Shown here piece after piece: positions 48,931 through 62,300 of a stretch of DNA of 64,000 bases. Source of the stretch: Candidatus Latescibacterota bacterium (lineage in GTDB: Bacteria; Latescibacterota; UBA2968; GCA-2709665). The translations under genes were made by a program, and so were the position numbers. How positions within the stretch are numbered: the stretch's first letter is position 1; every line of letters begins with the position of its first letter. The DNA lies in contig OZ242180.1 of NCBI GenBank assembly GCA_965205485.1, positions 1,280,001 through 1,344,000 on the forward strand. Reading direction: 5' to 3'. The notes below the pieces were generated by a model. That model was not told where the DNA came from and did not search any database. It worked only from the letters and a program-made list of their open reading frames with translations.

Positions 48931-51889
48931 TCAGAACCGCATGCTGACCTGGCTGAAGACGAGGCGGCCCACTTCCGGTGCGCCGATGAATGAACGGTAG
49001 CGCGTATTGAGAAGATTGCTCGCATCCAGGTGCAGGTCCACCTCCCGCTCGACGGGCAACCGGTATTTTACCGACATGTCGACAACCGTATAGGCATCAA
49101 CGTCGCCCACGTACACTCCCGATTGCATGGGAAAGGAATCGGTGAATCGCAGCGCGCTGCCGACCGACAGGCCCAACCCGGAAAAGTCGTACGACGCCCC
49201 CAGCTTGAATTTGTGCCGGGGCGAATTCAGTGTGATATCGCCAACGCCCGGGACGTGCGTGTATTTCAGGTTCTTGAAGAAGTTCTTGCTCACGTAGGAA
49301 TAGTTGCCGGTCAGTCTCCATCTGCGCCGTTGGATACCAGGCCAGGCCCAGGTCCAGCCCGCGGATGGTGACATCTTCATAATTGCGGTAGGTCAACACC
49401 ATCGCGTAGGGATCGGTCGCCTGTTCCGGTGACACCGTTCCGTATGGAATCGCCGCGGCACCGGCCACGAAGATGGCGGTCAGTTCATCCACCGGAGAAC
49501 CGTTCCGATTGCCCTCCAGGAGCCCCGGCACCTGCACATTGTCAACCAGCTGGAGACCGGCGGCGAGCACGGCGTTGGCCGGATCGGACAGCGTCTGTTC
49601 GAATCCGCGACTCAGAGCCTCGGCGAGACTCTCCGGTTCGAGAAACACGTTGGGGGTTTCCACCGAAACCGAACCCACGTAGTTTTCGATCCTGGACTGA
49701 TAAAGGTCCGCGGCCACAATGAGTTTGTCCGCAATGACGCCCTTGTAGCCGATCTCGAACGTCCTGGTAATCGCGGACTGGATGCGGGGAACGTCGTAGG
49801 CCGTCACGGGCGTTGCGCCGTCAGACTCCAAAAAGAAAAACGGCTGCTGGATATCTTGCGGATCTTCGCCCAGCGGCGGCGTTGCAATGTTCAGCCGGCC
49901 CATGACATTGCGAAGCCCCGTCAATCGCTCGGGAACGACTCCGGGAAAGGCTTCTGCCAGTCCGTTCGCGACAGCCCGGGCTTCTTCGGCGCCCATGCCC
50001 TGTTGGATCAGGATGTCGACGGCCATTTCCTTTACGGTCGGCAACAGCTGCTCGAGCACCACCTCCCTGCCGATGCCCCACATCACGTTGGTAAAATCCG
50101 GGTCGTCCAGTCGCAGATACTGATCGGCCGGCAGGCCGGCCATGGCGGCAAACGGCGAGCGGAAGAGGGGCCGTCCGCCTTCCCGCCGGAATGTGAAGCC
50201 GAAGTCGTTGTCCTGGTAGTTGCCCTGGGTCCAGAGATCGATCGGGTCGAACGTCAGACCGCGCGCCGTGAACATCGGCGAGAAGATTCCGCTGAACCCG
50301 AAGGGGTCTCTGGTGGCCAGCAGATCGAGATACAGATTGTTCGAGGTGGGCGTGGTGAAAGCACGGTTGTATGTCAAACGCCACGTCTGGGTGGGCTTCG
50401 GCTTCAACACCAGCGCGGCCCGGGGCGAGAACTCGGGGTCCGCGAGGCGGCTGTGGTAGTCGTAACGCAGGGCAAGCACGAGGTCAACCATTTTGGAAAG
50501 GGAAGTTTCACTCTGCAAGTAGACCCCGAACTCGTTCAGGTCATCGTCATCCTCATTCCTGCCCATGACGGTTTCTTCGGTATCCGGCCGCGTAAACAGT
50601 GCATCCAGGCCGTACGTAAACCGCTGGCGTATACCCAGTTTCGACACGTGCTGCGCCTGGAAGACCGTGAGGGAGGACTTGTCGACCACGGGATCGCCGG
50701 TACGCAGCAGGAAAGTGCCGCCGGAATCGGTCCAGTTGCGGAAGGCCTGGACAAACCAGTCGTCATACAGAACGCGCATCTGAGCGTAGTTGTACTGCCA
50801 GTCTCTCGTCTGGGAGGCCCCCACGCCGGTGAGTCCGACCAGGTCCGCCTTGTTGTGTCCGGCTGAAAAAATGGCCGTGAAATTGTCGGAGGCGCGCCAG
50901 TCCAGACGCGCTTCGAGGCCGAGATTGTTGGTTTCGGGGTTGCGCAGCGGAAGAGACGGCAGGTTCAGACCCGAGGCAATCTGCTCCTCCCGGCGTTCTC
51001 GGGCCCTCACCTCCTCCGGATCGACATATTCCCACTCGGTCCCTGTGTAGTACCGGGCGGAAACCTTGTAGCCCACCCGGTCCCCGACCTTGCCCGCGTG
51101 GCGAATCGAGGCCTGACGCAGGTTGCGCTCTCCGTATCCGAAATGCGCACTCGTGCCCTGCGACGTAAAGGGCGAATGGGTGATGATGTGCATCACACCG
51201 TCCGCGCTGTTGGGTCCGTAGAGCGCAGATCCAGGCCCCAGGACCACCTCGATACGTTCCACGTCGTCGCTTGTAATGGGAATGAAATTCGGGGCGTTAA
51301 CCCGAACGGACGGCACCCTGGCAAGCCGGTTGTCCGTCATCATCAGCAGAGTGCCGGTGAATACGCTGTTGAAGCCGCGAACCACGATGCTGCTGTTCGC
51401 CAGTCCGGTTTTCGCGAAGTCCACCGACGGCAGGTTCTTAACGTGGTCGGCTACGTTCATCGAGGGGTTGCTGCGGATATCGGCGGTTTCGACCACGGAG
51501 ACGGAGGCGGGAGCGTCCAGGATCTTTTCCCTGCGACGGGAGGCGGAGACCACGCTCTTCTCGAGAAATATCACCTGCTCCTTGAGGATCACATCCAGCC
51601 TGGCGGATCGACCTGACAGCACAGCTACGTCTTCTCGAATCTCGGACTTGTACCCGATGAATGTGATCTCCATCCGGTAATTCCCTGCCGGAACGGCAAA
51701 TCGGAACCGGCCCTCGTCGCCTGTCGCGGCGCGGGTTTGCACCCCGACGTCCATCCCCGTAACGACGACATTCGCTCCGGGCAGGGCTTCGCCGCCTTCC
51801 CCTCTTACGGTCCCCTCGATATAGCCATTGGGCTGGGACCAGACCGTCCCGCACCCCACCACCAGCCAGCAAAACAGAAATACACGCAC
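48931..51889 (-). pseudogene. TonB-dependent receptor with a frameshift near 49321 (or a sequencing error)
   Basis: Signal peptide, carboxypeptidase-regulatory-like N-domain, plug VERIEVVLGPGSALYG; barrel continues in another frame (WRLTGNYSY...NLLN...QVSMRF). Confidence 0.85.
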
Positions 51890-51904
51890 CGTCTATCTCC
51901 CTTG

Positions 51905-52052
51905 GCAGCCCGTTGAAAAAGCCCATCCGGACTACGGCCGGCCCTTGCGGTCGAAAACCTGCGTTGCGCGCCATCGCCGAATCGCCCGATGGGACCCGGT
52001 TGCGCGCCTTGTCTTCGGCCTCGCCTGAAGAGCGACTTTCTCAACAAACTGT
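51905..52052. mobile_element. MITE family B copy 2
   Basis: GCAGCCCGTTGAAAAAGCCCATCCGG...CTTTCTCAACAAACTGT; matches the reverse complement of 38481-38642. Confidence 0.8.
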
Positions 52053-52437
52053 CAGACGATCAGGGCGGGACCCTGAAGACGGCCGATCGGGACAACAATC
52101 GCTTCTGGAATTCGTCGCATTGCCAATGACATACCGACCACCCCGCCCCAGTCTGGCAGTTGTCCGCCGTCCGGCGCCAGCAAGCCGAAATCGGCTCATT
52201 GGAAGAATTCAGGATGCGCCGGTGATCCGGGCGGTCGCCACCTGCCATTGTAAAATCCGCAACTTTTGTTATATATTAAAGTTACAACGGACGCGACGGC
52301 ATTGTCAACTTCAGAACTGACCCGCCGGCGTACAAAGGGCTTGATTGTTCGACAGGGCTCACCCGCCGGTTGAGTCGATGTTCTTCAAATGCCGGGAACA
52401 ACGCAACAGGTTGTGCAACCCGTTGAAGGAGGTCCAT

Positions 52438-53229
52438 ATGCGATCCGGAAAGCTTGTTCTTCCCCTCGTTCTGACCCTGGCATCCTCCGCGTGTAAAGAC
52501 GCGGTCGGACCGGGTTATATCGAGATTATTGAAGTTACCGTGGGTCCGACCCTGGCCAGGTGCTACGGCGTTGGCGAGCAGACATGCATGGTGGTTGACG
52601 GGTCGGTGTTTTACGACGGGATCGATGGCTTCAACTACGAACCCGGCTACACCTACCGTCTGAGGATCGGGAAATACGACCCCTGGAATGGAAACGAACC
52701 GCCTCAGGATGCAGGCCGGTACGCATATCGCCTTCTGGAGCAACTTGAAAAAGCCCGCGCGCCGTCCACTCCGGCGACGTTGCTTGTCGGACCTACACGG
52801 GTTACGTGCTCAGACTCGGATGACTTCTGCCTGCTGGTTGACGGTGTTCCATACAACGACATCATCACGAATTTCGAATACGAAGCGGGTTTTTACTATA
52901 CCTTGAATGTAAACAAATATGGCGATGGCCGCCATGTGCTGGATGAAATCGTCGCAAAGAACGAGGCGACGGGCACGGACGAAGAAATAATCGCAGTTGG
53001 GCCGGGCCGGGTGCACTGCAACGACAATCGTTCCATCTACTGCAAAGTTGTCAACGGAGCCCCGTTCCCAAGTGAAATCGTCGGCTTCAAGCCGGTGCAT
53101 GGCTTTAGCTACCGATTACGCGTGGTGCGATTCAGCATGTTCCCGAGCGGCGTAACGCCCCCGTCAGACAATATCCCGACTTACGGGTATCGCTGGCTGG
53201 AAACGCTTGAGCGAAATCCGGCCAATTGA
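52438..53229 (+). CDS. Lipoprotein with three DUF4377-like repeats
   Basis: Lipobox ASSAC; three VGP...C....C..V.G.....I..F.....G..Y.L units. Confidence 0.75.
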   Translation: MRSGKLVLPLVLTLASSACKDAVGPGYIEIIEVTVGPTLARCYGVGEQTCMVVDGSVFYDGIDGFNYEPGYTYRLRIGKYDPWNGNEPPQDAGRYAYRLLEQLEKARAPSTPATLLVGPTRVTCSDSDDFCLLVDGVPYNDIITNFEYEAGFYYTLNVNKYGDGRHVLDEIVAKNEATGTDEEIIAVGPGRVHCNDNRSIYCKVVNGAPFPSEIVGFKPVHGFSYRLRVVRFSMFPSGVTPPSDNIPTYGYRWLETLERNPAN

Positions 53230-53327
53230 TTATCCCGCCGCCTGCGATGCAAATCCCGTTCGGCACATACACGGGTCGGCAGATGACCGGTTCGGATTCG
53301 GCGAAGTCCGCAAAATAGGAGAAGTAC

Positions 53328-56300
53328 ATGATGGAAGCAGATGGGCACATTGAATCCCTGGGGAACCCGGACGACCGGAGCACGAGTTCCGGGTCCGCGC
53401 AGCCGATAGCAATCGTGGGCATGGCGTGTCGATTCCCCGGCGCGGCGGACATCGCTTCGTTCTGGCGATTGCTCGAAGCCGGCGGGAATGCCGTAGGTGA
53501 GGGTGTCCCGGGCTCCGGGGCAGGCCGCTGGGGGCAGATCTTCGCCGAAAACGCAGGGCAGAGTGAGGGTTGCCGTTTCGGCGCGTTCGTCGACGACATC
53601 GACCTCTTCGACGACGCCTTTTTCCGGATTTCGCCTGTGGAAGCTGAGTTTTTGGACCCGCAGCAGCGAATGATGCTGGAGACGAGCTGGGAGGCGCTTG
53701 AGGACGCCGGAATCGATCCGGAGGGGTTGAGAGAGACCCGCACGGGCGTTTACACGGGGATCAGCAACGACGAATACCGGATGCTCGTGGTGGACTCGAT
53801 CAAGCCCGCCGAGGCTGCCGGCTGTCTCTATGCCCTCAGCGGCACGAACCTGAACGGCGCCAGCGGCCGGGTCTCGTTCGTACTGGGGCTCAGGGGTCCG
53901 GCCAAGGCGGTCGACGCCGCGTGCGCGTCGTCCATGGTATCGGTCAATGACGCGGTGGCGGACCTGCAACAGGGCAAAGCCGATCTGGCCATCGCCGGCG
54001 GCGTGCAGGCAATACTGAACGGTCGCATCTACGAATTGCGCGCGGAGGCGATGATGCTGTCACCGGACGGGCAATGCAAGACCTTTGACGCCTCGGCAAA
54101 CGGTTACGTGCGTGGCGAGGGCTGCGGGGTCGTCGTGCTGAAGCGGCTGAGCGAGGCTGAGGCGGACGGGGACCGGATCTGGGCGGTCATCCGGGGCTCG
54201 GCGGTGAACCACGGCGGGGCCAGTACGGGGCTGACGGTGCCGAACACGCCAGCGCTCGAAGAGGTGATCGAAACCGCATTGTCCGAGGGCGGCGTCTCCC
54301 CGCTGGACGTGGATTACCTCGAGGCGCACGGGACGGGAACCACCGTCGGCGATCCTATCGAGATCGATGCCGTGGCGAGTGTCTACGGGCGTGGACGAAA
54401 GACCGACCGGCCGCTCCTCATCGGATCCGTGAAGACCAATATCGGCCACCTGGAGTCTGCCGCCGGCGTAGCCGGTGTGATCAAGACCGCGCTCGTACTG
54501 AACCGGGGCGTGATCCCTAAGCACCTCCATTTCCGGGACCCCAATCCGAGCGTAGACTGGGACCGGCTGCCCCTGCGGGTGACGTCGTCTATGACGGACT
54601 GGCCGCGCCGTTCCGGAAAGACACGCCTCGCCGGGGTGAACTCCTTCGGCATTTCCGGGACCAACGCCCATATCGTAATGGAGGAATACCGCGCGCCGGA
54701 CGCCGCCGCCGGAATACCAGGGACTGCCGGTGCCGCGATGCCCGTAGCGGTCTCACTGCCGGCAGCGGTGGGGGATTTACCTGTCGCTGAACGGAAAATC
54801 CAACCGCGCCGGGTCCGCCTGCTTCCGCTATCGGGAAAATCCGATGGAGCGCTGTGCGATCTTGCCGGGCGTTACCTTTCGCGGCTGGGGGAAGCCGCTG
54901 ACGAAATCTCCTCCGGCGAAAGTGAGATCCTGGCGGACATGGCCTGGACCGCGGGCGTGGGCCGTAGCCACTTCGACCACCGCGCGGGCGTCGTCTTCAA
55001 GGACGTGGAAACGTTGCAGAATCAGCTCAGGGACGTCCAGGAGGGAAACCTGGGCGCCTTCTCGCGGACTCGCGCCCGGGTGGCGTTCGCCTACACGGGA
55101 CAGGGGAGCCAGTGGGCAGGCATGGGACGGGGACTGTACGAGACCGAGCCCGTCGCGAGGGCCGTGATGGACCGCTGCGAGGCGGTGATACTTGAAGAAC
55201 GGGGAGCCTCGCTGCTGGACGTGATGTTCGGAAACGTCGGAAGCGAGGGTGAACTCGGCGACACGGCCTGGGAGCAACCGGCTCTCTACGCGCTGGAATG
55301 CGCGCTGACGGCGCTCTGGTCGAGCGTCGGTATCCGTCCCGACGTCGTTCTGGGACACAGCATCGGGGAACTCGCGGCGTCGCAGGCGGCGGGGGTATTC
55401 AGCCTGGAGGACGGAATGCGGTTCGCCGCGGTACGCGGCGCGTTGATGTCGAAGATGGAACCGGGAAGCATGGCCGCTGTATTTGCGCCCGCCGATCGCG
55501 TCGAGGAAGTCGTGAACGCGACCTCTCAGGATGTGGGTTTGAGCATCTCGGGCTACAACGGTACCCACCAGGTTGTCAGTGGTCCAACGGCGGGCATCGA
55601 GGCGATCTCGAATCAATTCGCCGCGGCAGGCGTGAGGGTCAGGCGGTTGAACACGACCAAGGCGTTCCACAGCGCCCTCGTCGAGCCCATTCTTGACGAA
55701 CTGGAGCGCTTTCTCAGCAACCTGGAGTTCAAGTCTCCCTCACTCGCCGTTGTCAGCAACCTGACGGGTCTGGCTGTTGAACCGGGGCAGACTCAGGGCG
55801 GCGCTTATTGGCGCAGGCACGCCCGGGAGGCGGTGGCGTTTGCCCAGGGTGTGAAGACGCTGGCGGATCAGGGCGTCGACGTGGTGCTGGAGATCGGTCC
55901 GCGCACTGTACTCGCTCCGCTGGCGGCCGCGTCCTGGCCGGAATCGCCGGAAACACCGGCGCCGGTGGTGCTGTCCAGCCTCCGCCCGCCTTCGGACGGG
56001 GCTGAGGAGTCCCGGAATGCCGATGGTTTCGTAGCGGCAGCGGCAGCGGCATACGAGGCGGGACTCCCGGTTGGCTTCGCCGGGCTCTTCGCGGGGGAGA
56101 CACGCCGGCGGATTTCAGTGCCCAGCTATCCGTTTCAGCGCCGGAGACATTGGATCCAGCCTCCGCGTCGACGGGCCGGCGGCGCCGGTCACCCGCTGCT
56201 CGGCGACCGCCACGAATCCGCTCGCGGAGAGGTCACGTTCGAGACGGAAGTGTTTCCATCGGACCCGGCCTGGCTGAACGACCACAAGGTATTCGGCAGG

Positions 56301-59300
56301 ATCGTCGCGCCCGGCGCGCTGTATGGCGCGATGGCCTGCGCCGCGTCCCGCCTCGAGGAAGGCGGCCCCGTGGTTGTGGAAAATTTCCAGTTGCACAATG
56401 CCCTGGTCTTCGAAGAGGACGAAGACGGGACGGGTGACGCCGGCCGGAGGATGCAGGTCATGCTCGAAACCGGCGAACCGGGTTCGCCGCGCGGTGTCCG
56501 GATCTTCAGCAGAGGAGGGGAGGGAAACTGGACCGTCCACGTGGAAGGCGTGCTTGCACTCGGAGCTGCGGGCCCAGAGCCGGGCGGGCGGATCGACCCC
56601 GATAGCCTGAAGACCGAGCTCTCGCCACTGGACGTGGCGGAATACTACCGCCACAGGGCGAGTACCGGCGTCGACCTGGGCCCGTTCTTCCGGACGCTTG
56701 GCAGAGCCTGGTCTCGTCCCGGTGAGGCGCTGGGCGAGGTGTCTCTTCCCGAGGCGCTTTCAGGGCATGGTCTGGATGTCCATCCGCTCGTGCTGGACGG
56801 CTGTTTCCAGGTCGTGGGTGCGGCGCGCAATCTGGCAGGCAGGGAAGGCGGCGCCACGTATCTGCCGTTTGCCTGGGAGCGGCTCTGGCTGGCGGGACCG
56901 CTGCCGGACCGGGTCCTCTGTCACGTGCGGCTCAGCGAAGCATCCAGCGAGGCGGAAGCCGCGCCGGGCGAGCCGCCGGAAGTGCTCAGCGGTGAAATCA
57001 ACATCTACGACCCGAACGGAGCCCCTCTGGGCCGCCTGAGCGGCTATGCCGTTAAACGCGCGACGCCGGAAGCGCTGCTCGCCGCGGTCGAGGGCGTTAA
57101 AGATCTCCTGTACGAGGTCGTCTGGCGCGAACGTGACCTACCGGCCGGAATTACATCCGCGGGCTTTTTCCCGGGTCCGGCGGAAGTCGCGGCCGGCTCA
57201 CAGTCGTTCGCCGGCTATCTGCGGAACGCGGGAGTCGATCCCGATGACCGGGACGCCCTGCTCTCGGACCTGGAAAGGTGGTCCCGGTCCCGCGCGCTCG
57301 CGACCCTGGAGGAACTGGGCTGGCAAAGGCAGGTCGGAGAAACCGTCGACCCGGAGGTTTTGCGGGAAGAATTGGACGTCCTTCCGGAGCACAGGCGCCT
57401 CTTTCGGAGGCTGTTTGAGATGCTCGCCAGGTCGGGGGTCGTGAAGGAAGCGGGCGACGGATTCACCGTCGTCATAGGGCCGGGTGATCCGCTTCCCGAA
57501 GGCCTGCCCGCAGACCTCGAGGCGTATGCCTCGCGCATGGCCGACCGGCACCCCGACGGCCAGATCGAGATCGGCCTGTTCAGGCGTTCCGGCATCGCCC
57601 TGGCGGAGGTGCTTCGCGGTCGTGAAGACCCGCTGACGCTCCTGTTCAGCAGCGGTGAACCGACAGCGGCCGATCTGTATCTGAAGGCGCCGGTCGCGCG
57701 CGCGGCGAACCGGATGCTGGCGGATGCGGTCGAAGCGCTCGTGGCCGCGCTGCCCGAAGGCCGGCGCCTGAGGGTCATCGAGGTCGGCGCAGGTACCGGA
57801 TCGGCGACCGCTTCCGTCCTTCCGGAACTTCCGGATGGACAGTTCGACTACATGTATACGGATATCTCCGCGGGTTTCTTTTCCGAGGCGGAAGCGCGGT
57901 TCGGCGACGGCGGCGGTTGCATCGAGTACCGTCCGCTGGATATCGAAAAGGACCCGGTCGAACAGGGCTTCGACGCCCACGGATACGACCTGCTGATCGC
58001 ATCCAACGTGCTGCACGCAACGCGGTACCTGACCGAGACGCTGGGCCACTGCCGGGACCTTCTCGCGCCGTCAGGGCATCTGATCGCACTCGAAAACCTG
58101 AGTGGGCTGGGATGGATGGATCTGACCTTCGGCCAGTTGGACGGCTGGTGGCGGTTCGCCGACGACTATCGTCCACACCACGCCCTCGCCGGTCCCCCGG
58201 TCTGGCGTTACGCTCTGGGCGGCGCGGGATTCGAAGGCGTGGAGGTCCTGGGGGTGGATGAGTCCGACACGTCACGGACGCTGGACAAGGGTGTCATCGT
58301 TGCGCAGGGTCCGTCGAAAGTGGCCGAGGCGCCCGGCGTCTGGGTTCTGGCCGCGGACCGGGGAGGTTCGGCGGCGAAACTGGCAGCCGAATTGGCCGCG
58401 CGGGACCAGACAGTCGTGCTTGCCGGCAGCGGAACGCAGGACGACAGAGAACCTGTGGGCGACGGTCCGGGCGTATTCAACGCTTCTGTAGAAACCGACC
58501 TGCGTGAGTCCTGGTGCGCGCTTCTGGCAGGTCTGCCGCATGAAGTGCCGCTGCGCGGCGTTGTGCACCTCGCGGGACTGGACGGTCACGGGCCGGAAGC
58601 CACGACACAGGAAATGGCGGAAGACGTAAGAAGGACGGGAGCGAGCGCGCTCGCGCTCGTGCAGGGCATCGCCGACGCCGACGTCGTCCCGGAAAACGGA
58701 GTCTGGTTGATCACCCGGGGCGCCCAGATACTGGAACGCGAGCGCGGCGGAGAACTCGCTGGCGCGGCGCTGTGGGGCTTCGGCAAGGCCATAGCCCGGG
58801 AAGCGGCGCATCTTCAGCCGAGGATGATCGATCTGGACCCGGGCGAGATGGCGCCCGCGCCCGACCTCGCCAACGAACTTCTCTATCCGGATTCCGAAAA
58901 CCACATCGCGTATCGGTCCGACCGCCGCCAGGTGGCGCGCCTGGTCCGGGCAGGCACCGAGGGTGAGCGGCTGTCGCTCCCGGAGGCGTCGGATTGGGTG
59001 CTGGCTCCGGACCCGACCGGCGTGTTCGACCGGCCGCAGGTCCTCCCCCTGCCCGCACGGTCACTCGAGCCGTGGGAGGTTCGCGTTGGGGTGGAAGCGT
59101 CCGGGCTCAACTTCTGGGATGTCTTCCGGTCGCTCGGCTTTATCGAAGAGGGCAATCTCGGCAGGGAAATGTGCGGCCGCATTCTCGAGGTCGGCGCCGA
59201 AGTATCAACCGTCTCGGTGGGCGACCATGTGGTCGGATTGGGTTTCGGCGCGTTCGCGCAGCAGATGGTTACGCACGAGCAACTGGTTGCGCCCGCGCCG

Positions 59301-62300
59301 TCGGGATACTCCGTCTCCGGACTTGCCACGGTGCCAAGCGCGTTCGTGTCCGCGGCATTGTCATTCGAGTTCTCCGGGCTGGAGGCCGGCGAGCGGGTTC
59401 TGATTCACGCTGGGGCGGGCGGCGTCGGGCTGGCTGCCATCCAGCTTGTACAGGCCGCGGGAGCTGAGGTCTTCGCCACCGCGAGCGCGCCCAAACGGGC
59501 GTATCTCCGATCGCTGGGCGTGAATCACATTTTCGACAGCCGCACGACGAACTTCGGCCGTGAAATCCTGGAGGCCACGGACGGCGCGGGTGTGGACGTG
59601 GTGCTGAACAGCCTTACGGGAGAGGGCTTCATCGAAGCGAGTCTGTCCTGCCTCAGGCACGGCGGGCGCTTCGTGGAACTGGCCAGGCGGGACATCCTCA
59701 GCGAGGAGGAGATGGCGGCGGTGCGTCCGGACGTGCCTTACGACATCCTTGAACTGGACGTGATGAAGAAGACCGACCCCGAATGGGTGGGAAGGGTACT
59801 TCGGGACGTGATGGCTCGTCTCTCGTCCGGAGAACTCGAAGCGATCACCCACAGCCGATGGCCCCTCGCCGAGGCCGGCGCAGCCCTGAGCTTCATGCGC
59901 GCCGCACGCCACCTCGGAAAGATCGTCGTAACGACGCCGCCTGTGCAGAACGGCAGGTTGCGGCAGGACCGGACCTATCTCGTTACGGGCGGACTCGGCG
60001 GAATCGGATGCGCTGTCGCCGCCTGGCTGGCGGACCGCGGAGCGGGGGCCATCGTATTGAACGGACGCCGGGCGCCCGATGACGAGGCCGAGGAAGCGAT
60101 TGGCAGGCTGCGGGAGGCCGGTGCTACAGTACAGGTGGAACTCGCGGACGTTACCGACGCCGCCGCGATCGATCAGATGCTGGCGAGGATGGATGCGACG
60201 CTCCCTCCGCTCGGGGGCGTGATCCACAGCGTGGGCGTACTCTCCGACGGCGCGCTGACCAATCAGACCTGGGACCGATTCGAAACGGTGCTCTGGCCGA
60301 AGGTCCTGGGCGCCTGGCACCTGCACCGGGCAACGATAGACCGCGATCTGGATATGTTCGTGTTGTTCTCCAGCCGGGTCGGCGTCATGGGCAATCCGGG
60401 GCAGGCGAACCATGCTTCGGCAAACGCGTTTCTGGATCAGCTCGCCGGTCACCGCCGTGCGCTGGGACTCCCCGGACAGGCCATCGCCTGGGGGGCGTGG
60501 TCGGAAATCGGCGAGGCTGCGGAACAAAGGGAACGCATCGACCGGCAGCGTTCGGCGCTGGGCGGGCGCTGGTTCACCCCGCAGCAGGGTATGCGGGCAT
60601 TCGACCAGCTCGTACGCCAGGACGTTACGAATTCCGTGGTGATGTCGATGGACTGGTCCGTGTTCGAAGAAGCTGTCCAGGACCGGCCGCCTTTTCTCGA
60701 TGATTTGCTCTCCGCGACAAAGGATGACGAGGCCGGCACGGCTGCGTCTTCTGAGAACCTGATGTCCAGTCTGCAGGGAACGCCCGCGGCGCCGGAAGAA
60801 CTGCTCGTGTCGTTCCTGCAGCAGGAGGTGCAGGCAGTACTCAGGCTTCCGGCGGTGCCAGAGCCCTCGGTGGGATTCTTCGATCTGGGTATGGACTCGC
60901 TTATGGCCGTCGAGCTGCGAAACCGCCTGAATCGGGCATTTGCCGACCAGTACGTCGTGCCCAATACCGTGGTATTCGACTACCCGGATATTGCCAGCCT
61001 GGCGAGTCACCTTGCTGAAGAACTTGGCGGGGTCAGCACTGAACCGGCCGTCGAGGAAGAGCCCGAGCCAGAGGTCATGACCGTTGTGCAGCGCGAGAGA
61101 GAGAACGACGGCATTGCGATCGTGGGTATGGCGTGCCGGTTCCCCGGCGCACCGGATATCGATGCGTTCTGGTGTCAACTCGTCGCGGGCAGGGACGCGG
61201 TGACGGACGGACGCGGAGATTCAGGCACATGGGGGGGGCTCACCAAAGAGCTTCCGGCTGAGTACGCCGCGTACCGCCAGGGCGGATTCGTGGATGAGAT
61301 TGACCGGTTTGATTCCAGGTTCTTTCGGATTGCGCCCATTGAAGCGCGCACGATGGATCCGCGGCAACGCATGCTTATGGAGACAAGCTGGCAGGCGCTT
61401 GAAGACGCGGGGATGAATCCGGACTTGCTCCGGGGCAGCCGCACCGGAGTCTATGCGGGCATATCCACCAGCGAATACCGGGACCTGATGACAGGCAGCG
61501 CCTACGGCGTCAGTTACCTGGGCACAGCCGCCAGCATGGCTGTCGGGCGTCTTTCTTTCGCGCTGGGACTGGAGGGACCCACCATCCCGGTGGAACTCAA
61601 CTGCGCGTCGTCACTTGTTGCGGTACACTATGCCGCCGCCGCCCTGTGGAACGAGGAAGTGGATATGGCCCTGGTTGGGGGCTCGCACGCCATTCTTTCG
61701 CCTGCGCTTACAAGAGAAATGGGCGATCTGGGGATGCTGTCGCCAAGCGGGCGGTGCAGGGCCTTCGATGCATCCGCCGACGGTTTCGTGCGAGCGGAGG
61801 GTTGTGGTATGGTCGTTCTGAAACGCTTGAGCGAAGCGGAGGCCGACGGGGACCGCATCTGGGGCGTGATTCGTGGTTCGGCGGTTAACCAGAACGGTGC
61901 CGCCGCCGGACCGACGGTGCCGAACGGCCCCGCACAGGAGCGGGTCATCGAGTCTGCCCTCGCGCGCGGGAATGTCGACCCGTCGGAAGTCGACTATCTC
62001 GAGGCGCACGGGTCCGGATCGGGATTCGGCGATCCGATCGAGGTGCAGGCGGCAGCGGCGGTCTACGGTAGGGAACGTGAAGCCGACCGACCGCTGTTGA
62101 TTGGCTCCGTGAAGACGAACATCGGGCATCTGGAACCGGCCGCGGGGGTCGCAAGCCTCATCAAGACCGTGCTGGCGATGCATCGTGGCGTGATCCCGCG
62201 TAACCTGCACTTCCACGAACCGAATCCAAACCTGGACTGGGGCAGTCTCCCGGTGCGCGTGGTGTCGGCCAACACCGATTGGCCGGCCCTCGCCGATCGA

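Noticed and set aside
59361..61178. 605-aa minus-strand ORF and other long antisense ORFs over the PKS, symporter and RND genes
   Set aside because: Antisense shadows of well-supported genes
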